From: Dehalococcoidia bacterium | GTDB taxonomy: Bacteria; Chloroflexota; Dehalococcoidia; Lucifugimonadales; JADFKI01 | Direction of reading: 5' to 3' | DNA length: 32,000 nt | NCBI GenBank assembly: GCA_965221045.1 | Contig: OZ244863.1 | Span: forward strand, 774,765-806,764 | Part shown: one piece after another, positions 1-6,573 of the stretch | Layout of the letters: the number at the start of each line of letters is the position of its first letter | Position numbering within the stretch: position 1 is the stretch's first letter | Made by a program: the position numbers and the translations under genes | The notes under the pieces: model-generated | What the model saw: the letters and a program-made list of their open reading frames with translations, nothing else | The model's database searches: none | Told to the model about the DNA's origin: nothing

Positions 1-1
1 C

Positions 2-157
2 GATACTCTGAGGGCGCTGCCGAGCAATAGACTAGAGGCACTCTGAGGCGCAAGGCAGGGACAGTATTCCATACGGATCAATCGTCAATGGCGTATTTGC
101 TTTGTCTGGTCAAACAGCCCTGGTCCAACCGATGTTGAGATTGTAGATTATCATTGA
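2..157 (+). pseudogene. higB: HigB-like toxin (RelE/ParE superfamily, plasmid-maintenance killer family). The 5' end lies outside the window and the frame is interrupted by an in-frame TGA at 44-46.
   Basis: Codons from nt 2 read [54 protein letters not shown]-stop. SIRIN-QWR-F and the terminal DYH are HigB family hallmarks. The stop at 155-157 lies 19 nt before the higA ATG, which is the canonical higB-higA order. It is absent from the ORF track because it is split and truncated. Confidence 0.6.
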
Positions 158-176
158 TAGATAAAGGAACAGAGGA

Positions 177-467
177 ATGTTCAAGCGAGTAGTTCATCCC
201 GGTGAGATATTAAAGGACGAATTAGAGGAATTGGGCGTGACACCAACTGCATTCGCACGGCAGATCGATGTGCCGCCGAACCGCGTCAGCCAAATTATCG
301 CTGGCAAACGTTCGATAACAGGAGATACGGCGCTGCGCTTCGGACACTGGTTTGGCGTGGAGCCTCAATTTTGGATGAACCTTCAGACACAATTCGATTT
401 GGTTGCTGCGGAGCAGAAAGTTGGGGAAACCGTGCGCGGATTGCCTACGGCTGTTGAGAGTGAATAG
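177..467 (+). CDS. higA: HigA-family antitoxin (XRE-type HTH, addiction module antidote protein)
   Basis: 96 aa. HPGEILKDELEELGVTPTAFARQIDVPPNRVSQIIAGKRSITGDTALRFGHWFGVEPQFWMNLQTQFDL is near-consensus HigA/VapI. AAAGGA lies 8 nt upstream of the ATG. Confidence 0.88.
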   Translation: MFKRVVHPGEILKDELEELGVTPTAFARQIDVPPNRVSQIIAGKRSITGDTALRFGHWFGVEPQFWMNLQTQFDLVAAEQKVGETVRGLPTAVESE

Positions 468-482
468 CGCCAAGCAGGTGAA

Positions 483-809
483 GTGAATGAGGCAAATCTG
501 ATGATTCCGATAATCGCTGAACACGCCGTTGAACTCGAGGCGATATGTCGCGCTCGTGGCGTTTTGCGTTTAGAAATTTTTGGTTCAGCTGCTACGGGCG
601 TGGCTTATACTCAAAGCAGCGACTTGGATTTTCTTGTCGAGTTTCAGGATCTGCCTGCTGGGAATTATGCCGACGCATTCTTCGGATTGATAGAAGACCT
701 AGAGCAGCTTTTTCACCGCCCGGTTGATCTCGTGGTCGCTTCTGCCATCAAAAACCCTTACTTCCTGCAATCAGTTGATCGAACCAGGCAACTCCTGTAT
801 GCAAGTTGA
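483..809 (+). CDS. mntA: Minimal nucleotidyltransferase, MNT-type antitoxin of a HEPN/MNT module. The start may be ATG 501 rather than GTG 483.
   Basis: IFGSAATGVAYTQSSDLDFLVEF matches the GS-x(n)-D-x-D nucleotidyltransferase motif. Its stop TGA (807-809) overlaps the start of the downstream DUF86 gene. GAGG lies 8 nt before ATG 501. Confidence 0.8.
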   Translation: MNEANLMIPIIAEHAVELEAICRARGVLRLEIFGSAATGVAYTQSSDLDFLVEFQDLPAGNYADAFFGLIEDLEQLFHRPVDLVVASAIKNPYFLQSVDRTRQLLYAS

Positions 810-1152
810 AATCAAGTCGGTGCTCTACGACATTCATCAGGCCGTCAGTCTCATCGAAGAGTTCACACTCGATGCGGATTTCACCGACTATCAGAACAAT
901 GCGATGATGCGGTCGGCTGTTGAACGCCAATTCGAGATAATCGGTTAGGCCATCAATCGGCTATCAGAAATGAACGCCGGCCTTGCGAGCCGCATCAGAG
1001 AACGCCCTCGAATTATCAGCTTTCGCAACCAACTGATTCACGGCTATTTTGTTATAGACGATCGGGTGGTTTGGGATGTAATTCAGACGAAACTTCCGAT
1101 TCTTGCGCGAGATATCAGGACGCTGTCGCAGGAGATTGAAGAGGACAGATGA
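799..1152 (+). pseudogene. hepT: HepT / DUF86 HEPN-domain toxin interrupted by an in-frame TAG at 946-948
   Basis: ORFs 724..948 and 970..1152 are in the same frame. The joined reading is MQVEIKSVLYDIHQAV...AVERQFEIIG-stop-AINRLSEMNAGL...ISFRNQLIHGYFVIDDRVVWDV. FEIIG(E)A and R-x4-H-x-Y (RNQLIHGY) are the DUF86 signatures. ATG 799 overlaps the mntA 3' end by 11 nt. Confidence 0.75.
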
Positions 1153-2024
1153 CCACTGACTTTATCGTAACGCTACTCGGCACGAGTTCGCCGTCGCCGT
1201 CGATTGAGCGATTTGGGATGAGCACGCTGGTGGAGGCGGGCGAACACAGGCTGCTGTTCGACTGCGGGCGCGGGGCGATTCAGCGGCTGCTGCAATTGGG
1301 ACCGGACTGTCCGCAAGTGGACTGGCTGTTCCTGACGCACCTGCACTCGGACCATATCGTGGGGATACCGGACCTGTGGCTTACTGCGTGGATTATGGGG
1401 CGGAGGACGGCTTTCAAGGTGTGGGGGCCTGATGGGACAACCGACATGATGGGGCATCTTGAAAAGGCATACGAAGCGGACATACATATTCGGCGCGACC
1501 TCGACGAGTTGCTTCCGCAGTCGGGCATCGACATCGAGGCGCAGGACATCGCGGAGGGATTCGAGTACACGCTGGGGGATGCGCGCGTGGTTGTGTTCGA
1601 TGTTGACCACCGGCCCGTGACGCCTGCATTTGGCTATCGAATTGAGTACAAGGGCAAGGTTGTGGTGCTGTCGGGCGACACGCGGCCTTGCGACAATCTG
1701 GTCAAGTACGGGCAAGGGGCTGATCTGCTGGTCCATGAGATTATCGCACCGGAGGCGTTTCTGAAGCGGGCGATGCAGATGACGGAGCACCATCGACAGG
1801 CGGTCATCGAACATCACACGACGCCATCGCAGGCGGGCGAAATTTTTAGCAGGATAAACCCGAAGCTGGCGGTGTATTCGCATGTGATCGGAGGGCCTAT
1901 TGCAGGGTACGAGGAAGAGATACTTGAAGGTACCGCATCGACATACTCCGGCGAGGTGGCGATTGGGTACGACCTTACGCGGATTGAGGTGGGCGATGAG
2001 GTGCGGATAGTGGGCAGGGCGTAA
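1149..2024 (+). CDS. MBL-fold metallo-hydrolase (RNase Z/BN-like)
   Basis: 291 aa with an HLHSDH (HxHxDH) motif and later His/Asp ligands (VDH, HEI, HH). The ATG overlaps the hepT stop (ATGA at 1149-1152). Confidence 0.85.
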   Translation: MTTDFIVTLLGTSSPSPSIERFGMSTLVEAGEHRLLFDCGRGAIQRLLQLGPDCPQVDWLFLTHLHSDHIVGIPDLWLTAWIMGRRTAFKVWGPDGTTDMMGHLEKAYEADIHIRRDLDELLPQSGIDIEAQDIAEGFEYTLGDARVVVFDVDHRPVTPAFGYRIEYKGKVVVLSGDTRPCDNLVKYGQGADLLVHEIIAPEAFLKRAMQMTEHHRQAVIEHHTTPSQAGEIFSRINPKLAVYSHVIGGPIAGYEEEILEGTASTYSGEVAIGYDLTRIEVGDEVRIVGRA

Positions 2025-2042
2025 CGGAACTTCACGCCCATG

Positions 2043-2068
2043 CTAGCCTTCCCCATCAAGGCGAAGGG
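2043..2068 (-). repeat. Short stem-loop repeat, copy A (partner at 23020-23047)
   Basis: ctagccttccccatcaaggcgaaggg matches the reverse complement of 23020-23047 (ctagccttcctccatcaaggggggaagg) at 24 aligned positions with small indels. Read on the minus strand, it lies 37 nt after the sulfatase stop. Confidence 0.5.
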
Positions 2069-2104
2069 ACTCTGCGCGAGCTACCAGGAGACGCCTACAT
2101 TCGA

Positions 2105-3745
2105 TCAGGCGATGTAGTTGTGGAGGCCGAGGGTGCGGTACCTGCCTCGCAGCGTGCGGGGGTTGGCGGGCCAGGGGACGACCTGGCACTTTGCTGCCCA
2201 CTCTTCGTAGAGGCGCGTCATGCGGCGGACACGGTCGGAGTCGCCGGATGCGAGGTCGTTCAACTCGGTGCGGTCTTCGTGCATGTTGTAGAGTTCCCAC
2301 GCCATGTCGTGCTCGGCGACGAGCTTCCAATCGCCGACACGCACGGCTCGGTTGCCTTCGTGCTCCCAGAAAATGGGCTGCTGGCGGGTCCACTGCTCGC
2401 CTCGCATTATGGGCAGGAAGCTCTCGCCTTCGATTGGGGTAATCTGTCTGCCATTGAACTCTGAGGGGTACGTCGCGCCGGCAGCGTCTATGCAGGTGGC
2501 GGTGATGTCGGTGATGTACATCGCGCTGTGGTCGATGCCTCTCTGCTTGATGCCGTCGGGCCAGTGGATGATGAAGGGCGTGGATATGCCGCCTTCCTGT
2601 ATCCAGCTTTTGAACAGCCGGAAGGGCGCGTTGCTGACATTCGCCCAGGGGAGATCGTAGCTCATGAAGGTGTCGTCGGGACCGGGGCGCACGCCTGGGA
2701 TGTTGCCGGATGTGGTGGGCCTGCCATCCACAGTGGGCGTCGAGTAGATGCTGGGAATAGGTATGTCGTTGTCCTCCTTGAACAGCTCGGCGCAGCCGCC
2801 GTTGTCGGACAGGAACAGGAAGAGCGTGTTGTCGTACTCGCCAAGCTCGCGCAGCCTGTCCATGATACGGCCCACGCCTTGGTCAACGCGGTCAACCTGC
2901 GCGGCATAGACAGCCATTCGCAGGTCTTCCCAGTCCTGATGGCGCACATCGTTCCAGTCTGGGGAGTCCTGATCACGGGCGCTTATCTGCCACTTCTCGT
3001 CCAGCAGTCCCATGCCTTTCTGGGACTCGTGGCGCGCGGTGCGCTCGGCGTCCCAGCCCTGTCGGAATGCTCCTTCGTACTTGGCGATGTCCTCTTCCAG
3101 CGCGTGCAGGGGCCAGTGTGGTGCGGTATATGACAGGTAGAGGAAGAAGGGGTTGTCTGAATCGCTGCCCTCATTGATCATCTGGAGTGCGTGGTTCGTT
3201 ATCTCCTCGGTGAGGTAGAAGTCGGTGGCCTCAGCCTTGATGGGCGTATCGTCGAGACCGAGCGAGTCGGGATTGAAGAAAGATGTGTAACCTCCCCAGA
3301 TGCCGAAGAAGCGGTCGAAGCCGCGTTGTCTTGGTGTGGGGTAGCCTTCGTCGCCGACGGGCCAGCCGAATTCGGGCGCGGGAGGGTGGAAGTTGCCGCC
3401 CACATGCCACTTGCCGCTCATCAGCGTGCGGTAGCCTGCGGTGCGCAGCACTTCTGCGATGGTGACACACCTGTTATTGAGGAAACCTTGGTAGCTGTCG
3501 ATGCCGTAGTCGGCGGTCATGTGCCCGACGCCCGCCTGATGGGGGTAAAGCCCGGTCAACAGCGCGGCACGAGAGGGGCAGCAGCGCGCGGAGTTGTACA
3601 TCTGTGTGCAGCGGATGCCGTTTTCGGCGAGCAGGTCAATATTGCGCGTCAGCAGGCGCGAGCCATAGCTGCCGAGGTCAGAGAAGCCTAGGTCGTCCAC
3701 GAGGCAGATGATGATGTTGGGGCGGTTGGTGGGTTGTTCGGTCAT
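2105..3745 (-). CDS. Arylsulfatase, Cys-type (formylglycine-dependent sulfatase family), no signal peptide
   Basis: 546 aa. The N-terminus NIIICLVDDLGFSD is a metal site. SARCCPSRAALLTG is the C-x-P-x-R formylglycine motif. GKWHVG is also present. Confidence 0.9.
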   Translation of the reverse strand: MTEQPTNRPNIIICLVDDLGFSDLGSYGSRLLTRNIDLLAENGIRCTQMYNSARCCPSRAALLTGLYPHQAGVGHMTADYGIDSYQGFLNNRCVTIAEVLRTAGYRTLMSGKWHVGGNFHPPAPEFGWPVGDEGYPTPRQRGFDRFFGIWGGYTSFFNPDSLGLDDTPIKAEATDFYLTEEITNHALQMINEGSDSDNPFFLYLSYTAPHWPLHALEEDIAKYEGAFRQGWDAERTARHESQKGMGLLDEKWQISARDQDSPDWNDVRHQDWEDLRMAVYAAQVDRVDQGVGRIMDRLRELGEYDNTLFLFLSDNGGCAELFKEDNDIPIPSIYSTPTVDGRPTTSGNIPGVRPGPDDTFMSYDLPWANVSNAPFRLFKSWIQEGGISTPFIIHWPDGIKQRGIDHSAMYITDITATCIDAAGATYPSEFNGRQITPIEGESFLPIMRGEQWTRQQPIFWEHEGNRAVRVGDWKLVAEHDMAWELYNMHEDRTELNDLASGDSDRVRRMTRLYEEWAAKCQVVPWPANPRTLRGRYRTLGLHNYIA

Positions 3746-3786
3746 GTGGTTTTCTCAATGCTCGCCGGCTATGAAGATAATTCGAT

Positions 3787-3993
3787 TTAGCCCAACCAGT
3801 TGCTGGCGATGATGGCAACGAGTATCGCTACCAGCAAGCCGATTAACCATCGCTGGTTGCCCTCCATCTTATCAATCCGCGCTTCTAATCGGTCGAACCC
3901 AGCACGCATCTCTTTTATCATATCGCGCCGCCATTCTTGTTCATTCTCTATCCCGCGCTCGACCAACGATAGGCGTTCTTCAGTCGTTACCAT
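3787..3993 (-). CDS. 68-aa tail-anchored coiled-coil membrane protein (hypothetical)
   Basis: Internal ATG at 3991-3993 of track ORF 3787..4155. GGGGGAAAGGA lies about 9 nt upstream. MVTTEERLSLVERGIENEQEWRRDMIKEMRAGFDRLEARIDKMEGNQRW is followed by a hydrophobic C-terminal helix, LIGLLVAILVAIIASNWLG. It sits 20 nt after the upstream sulfatase stop and 41 nt before the downstream sulfatase start. Confidence 0.5.
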   Translation of the reverse strand: MVTTEERLSLVERGIENEQEWRRDMIKEMRAGFDRLEARIDKMEGNQRWLIGLLVAILVAIIASNWLG

Positions 3994-4013
3994 TGTACTT
4001 AATCCTTTCCCCC

Positions 4014-5690
4014 TTAGCGAGACGGTGCGTCTGTCGGCGTGGGCATGGAGGGCGCGCCCGCGATGTGGGCGTTTCTGCCCATCATTCTGAAGCCGGGGAA
4101 GATTGGATTGGCGGGCCACGGTACGACGTTCGCCCTGTCTGCCCAACCTTGCCACAGCGCCGCCATTTGCCGCACTCTGTCTGCATCGCCGTCCGCGAGG
4201 TCGTTGAGTTCGGTGCGATCTTCATCCATGTTGTAAAGTTCCCACGGCCCGTCGTGCTCGGCGACGAGTTTCCACTCGCCCACGCGCACCGCACGGTTGC
4301 CCTCATGCTCCCAGAAGATGGGCGCTTCGCGGTTCCACTGCTGACCGTCGGCAGCCGATAGGAGGCTCTCGCCTTCAAGGGGCGTGATGCAGTTGCCTCC
4401 GTACTCTGTGGGGTAGGAAGCACCAGCCGCCGCTATGCATGTCGCGGTGATGTCCGAAATGTAGGCGGGCGAGTTGATGATGCCACTCTGCTTGATGCGG
4501 TCGGGCCAGTGCATGATGAACGGCGTGGATATGCCGCCCTCGTGAATCCAGCGCTTGAAAAGGCGGAAGGGAGTGTTGCTGACGTTCGCCCATGGCAGGT
4601 CGTAGCTCATGAAAGTGTCTGCGCCGCCGGGTCGCAGGTCGGGAATATTGCCTACCCTAGTCTGCCTGCCGTCCACGGTGGGGATAGCGAACACGGACGG
4701 CACGGGGATGTCGGTGTCTTCCATGAAAAGCTCGGCGTCGCCGCCGTTGTCAGATAGAAACATAAAGAGTGTGTTGTCTGCCTGCCCTAGCTGCTCCAGC
4801 TTAGCCATGACTTGTCCGATGCACTGGTCAACGCGGTCTATCATTGCGGCATAGACGGCCATACGCAGGTCTTCCCAGTCCTGGTGATCTGCTTCCGGCC
4901 ACGGAGGGGCGTCCACATCGCGGGGGCTAATATCCCACTTTGGGTTGAGTACGCCCATGCCCTTGAGTTCTTCGTGGCGGGCAGTTCGCAGGGCGTCCCA
5001 TCCGCCGCGGTACATGCCCTCGTACTTGGCGATGTCTTCTTCGTGGGCGTGGAGCGGCCAGTGTGGCGCGGTGTAGGAAAGATACAGGTAGAATGGCTTG
5101 TCCATTTCGGCGCTCTCGTCAATCATCTGGAGCGCGTGGTCGGTAACCGCGTCGGTGAAATAGAAGTCGGGTGTCTCGGCGTTGATGGGGGTGTCATCGA
5201 GCATCATCGAGTAGGGGTTGAACAGCGAGCCGAAGCCACTCAGTATGCCGAAGAAGCGGTCGAATCCGCGCTGTCGCGGTGTGGGGCGTCCGGGCGATCC
5301 CACATCCCAACCCTCTGCGGGTACGGGCGGATGGTAGTGGCCGCCGACGTGCCACTTGCCAGACATCAGTGTGCGGTAGCCAGCCGTCTTCAGAACTTCC
5401 GCGACAGTGACGCTGCTGTCGTTCAGATAGCCCTGATACCCAGGTGAACCGTAATTCTGCACCATGTGTCCCACACCTGCCTGATGCGGGTACAGGCCAG
5501 TGAGCAGCGCGGCTCTGGACGGGCAGCAGCGCGCGGCGTTGTACATCTGTGTGAAGCGCAGACCGTTGTTGCCCATGCGGTCGAGGTTGGGCGTGCGAAT
5601 CTCGGAGCCGTAGCAGCCGATGTCGGAAAAGCCGAGATCGTCAACAAGGCAGACGATGATGTTTGGACGAGAGTTGGATTGCGTGGTCAT
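4014..5690 (-). CDS. Arylsulfatase, Cys-type, paralog of 2105..3745, no signal peptide
   Basis: 558 aa. NIIVCLVDDLGFSD, AARCCPSRAALLTG and GKWHVG are present. It is collinear with and highly similar to the neighbouring sulfatase along its full length. GGGAG lies 7 nt upstream of the ATG. Confidence 0.9.
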   Translation of the reverse strand: MTTQSNSRPNIIVCLVDDLGFSDIGCYGSEIRTPNLDRMGNNGLRFTQMYNAARCCPSRAALLTGLYPHQAGVGHMVQNYGSPGYQGYLNDSSVTVAEVLKTAGYRTLMSGKWHVGGHYHPPVPAEGWDVGSPGRPTPRQRGFDRFFGILSGFGSLFNPYSMMLDDTPINAETPDFYFTDAVTDHALQMIDESAEMDKPFYLYLSYTAPHWPLHAHEEDIAKYEGMYRGGWDALRTARHEELKGMGVLNPKWDISPRDVDAPPWPEADHQDWEDLRMAVYAAMIDRVDQCIGQVMAKLEQLGQADNTLFMFLSDNGGDAELFMEDTDIPVPSVFAIPTVDGRQTRVGNIPDLRPGGADTFMSYDLPWANVSNTPFRLFKRWIHEGGISTPFIMHWPDRIKQSGIINSPAYISDITATCIAAAGASYPTEYGGNCITPLEGESLLSAADGQQWNREAPIFWEHEGNRAVRVGEWKLVAEHDGPWELYNMDEDRTELNDLADGDADRVRQMAALWQGWADRANVVPWPANPIFPGFRMMGRNAHIAGAPSMPTPTDAPSR

Positions 5691-5784
5691 GGCAGACTCC
5701 CATAGCAGGTTTTGGCGTCAATTTCGCGTAGAAGGTATGCCAGAGGACGCTTTGATGTCAATGGTGGCTCGTCCTGATGCGCCG

Positions 5785-5819
5785 AAAAGGATAGGGGACG
5801 GACTTAGAAGCCCGTCCCC
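5785..5819 (-). terminator. Stem-loop with a short T-rich tail on the minus strand (putative intrinsic terminator)
   Basis: ggggacgg (5794-5801) pairs perfectly with ccgtcccc (5812-5819), with a 10-nt loop. The minus-strand continuation is TATCCTTTTCGG. It lies downstream of the 5913..6080 mini-ORF. Confidence 0.45.
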
Positions 5820-5912
5820 CTAATCAGATAGCCACTAATTGAACCACCAGTTGCGGAAGTTACGCGATGGCGTCAAAGGCCATCCGACTCCGATGATTTA
5901 AGGAAGTTCGTT

Positions 5913-6080
5913 TTATTCCTCCTCGAGGATTTGAACGAGTTCATCCTTGGTGAGTTCACCTCTCTGCTCCAATTCCTTGAGAATGCGCTCTTTGTATTCC
6001 GCACGCCCCTCTGCGCGCCCTTCCGCGCGCCCTTTCTTTCTAGCTCTTCTTTCGACGGCTTCTTTTGCAGCGAAAATCAT
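5913..6080 (-). CDS. 55-aa highly charged mini-ORF, translationally coupled to 6077..6469
   Basis: Below the track cutoff. The ATG (6078-6080) overlaps the upstream TGA (6077-6079) as ATGA. The product is MIFAAKEAVERRARKKGRAEGRAEGRAEYKERILKELEQRGELTKDELVQILEEE. This repeats the C-terminal module of the upstream protein (VFAAKEAVERRTRERLKKQREEGRKEGRKILIEELMQKGVITPEF). Confidence 0.4.
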   Translation of the reverse strand: MIFAAKEAVERRARKKGRAEGRAEGRAEYKERILKELEQRGELTKDELVQILEEE

Positions 6081-6469
6081 TTCTGATCCTCTGCTTTATC
6101 TTCAAGGCTCTTTGCGAATTCAGGAGTGATTACCCCCTTTTGCATCAACTCCTCAATTAGGATTTTACGGCCTTCCTTGCGACCTTCTTCCCTCTGCTTC
6201 TTCAATCTCTCTCTGGTTCTTCTTTCGACAGCTTCTTTTGCTGCAAAAACCAATTGAGCACCTCCATAAAAAGTAAGTGTGACGGGAAATAACAACATCG
6301 TCGCCACTGCGATGACGCCAGAGTCCTGCTCTGTCAAACCCTTGACGAATCCAATGACCGTCCATCCACCGCAGGGTCCGCACTTGCTCAGTAAAACAGC
6401 GACCAACATGGCGGCGCTGACGGATATTGAGCCGTCAAAGAACCGCCACCATCCACGATTGTCTTCCAT
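6077..6469 (-). CDS. 130-aa membrane protein with a charged C-terminal tail (hypothetical)
   Basis: Two or three hydrophobic segments (SVSAAMLVAVLL, WTVIGFV, VIAVATMLLFPVTLTFYGGAQLVFAA) are followed by the Lys/Arg/Glu-rich tail. The Shine-Dalgarno is weak. GC looks lower than in the flanking genes. Confidence 0.5.
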   Translation of the reverse strand: MEDNRGWWRFFDGSISVSAAMLVAVLLSKCGPCGGWTVIGFVKGLTEQDSGVIAVATMLLFPVTLTFYGGAQLVFAAKEAVERRTRERLKKQREEGRKEGRKILIEELMQKGVITPEFAKSLEDKAEDQK

Positions 6470-6500
6470 GCCAATACCATATTAGATTTCGTATATTCTG

Positions 6501-6539
6501 GCAAACGACAAAGCAAGGACGGACTCGCAAGCCCGCCCC
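6501..6539 (-). terminator. Stem-loop related to 5794-5819, followed by a T-rich tract on the minus strand
   Basis: ggacggactcgcaagcccgcccc resembles ggacggacttagaagcccgtcccc. The stem has one mismatch. The minus-strand continuation is TTGCTTTGTCGTTTGC. It lies 35 nt downstream of the NHL gene stop (6574). Confidence 0.4.
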
Positions 6540-6573
6540 CACAAATTGATTGCTGATTACTGGCCGCTGGCCG

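Noticed and set aside
44-948. Alternative genetic code (TGA or TAG as sense) as an explanation for the in-frame stops in higB and hepT
   Set aside because: The same codons terminate neighbouring, well-delimited genes: TAG ends higA at 465-467, TGA ends mntA at 807-809 and hepT at 1150-1152. Standard code 11 therefore applies. I saw no SECIS-like element, but did not search rigorously.
1173-1883. 236-aa minus-strand ORF, and similar antisense ORFs at 2528..3133, 4812..5447, 14839..15616, 17478..18122, 26849..27421 and 29004..29705
   Set aside because: Each is fully contained antisense within a gene that has strong family motifs. None shows a recognisable domain or a ribosome-binding site.
3994-4155. 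Longer 122-aa version of the small ORF (3787..4155), and the 724..798 extension of hepT
   Set aside because: The extensions overlap the 3' ends of the upstream sulfatase and mntA genes respectively. The internal ATGs (3993 and 799) have proper ribosome-binding context.
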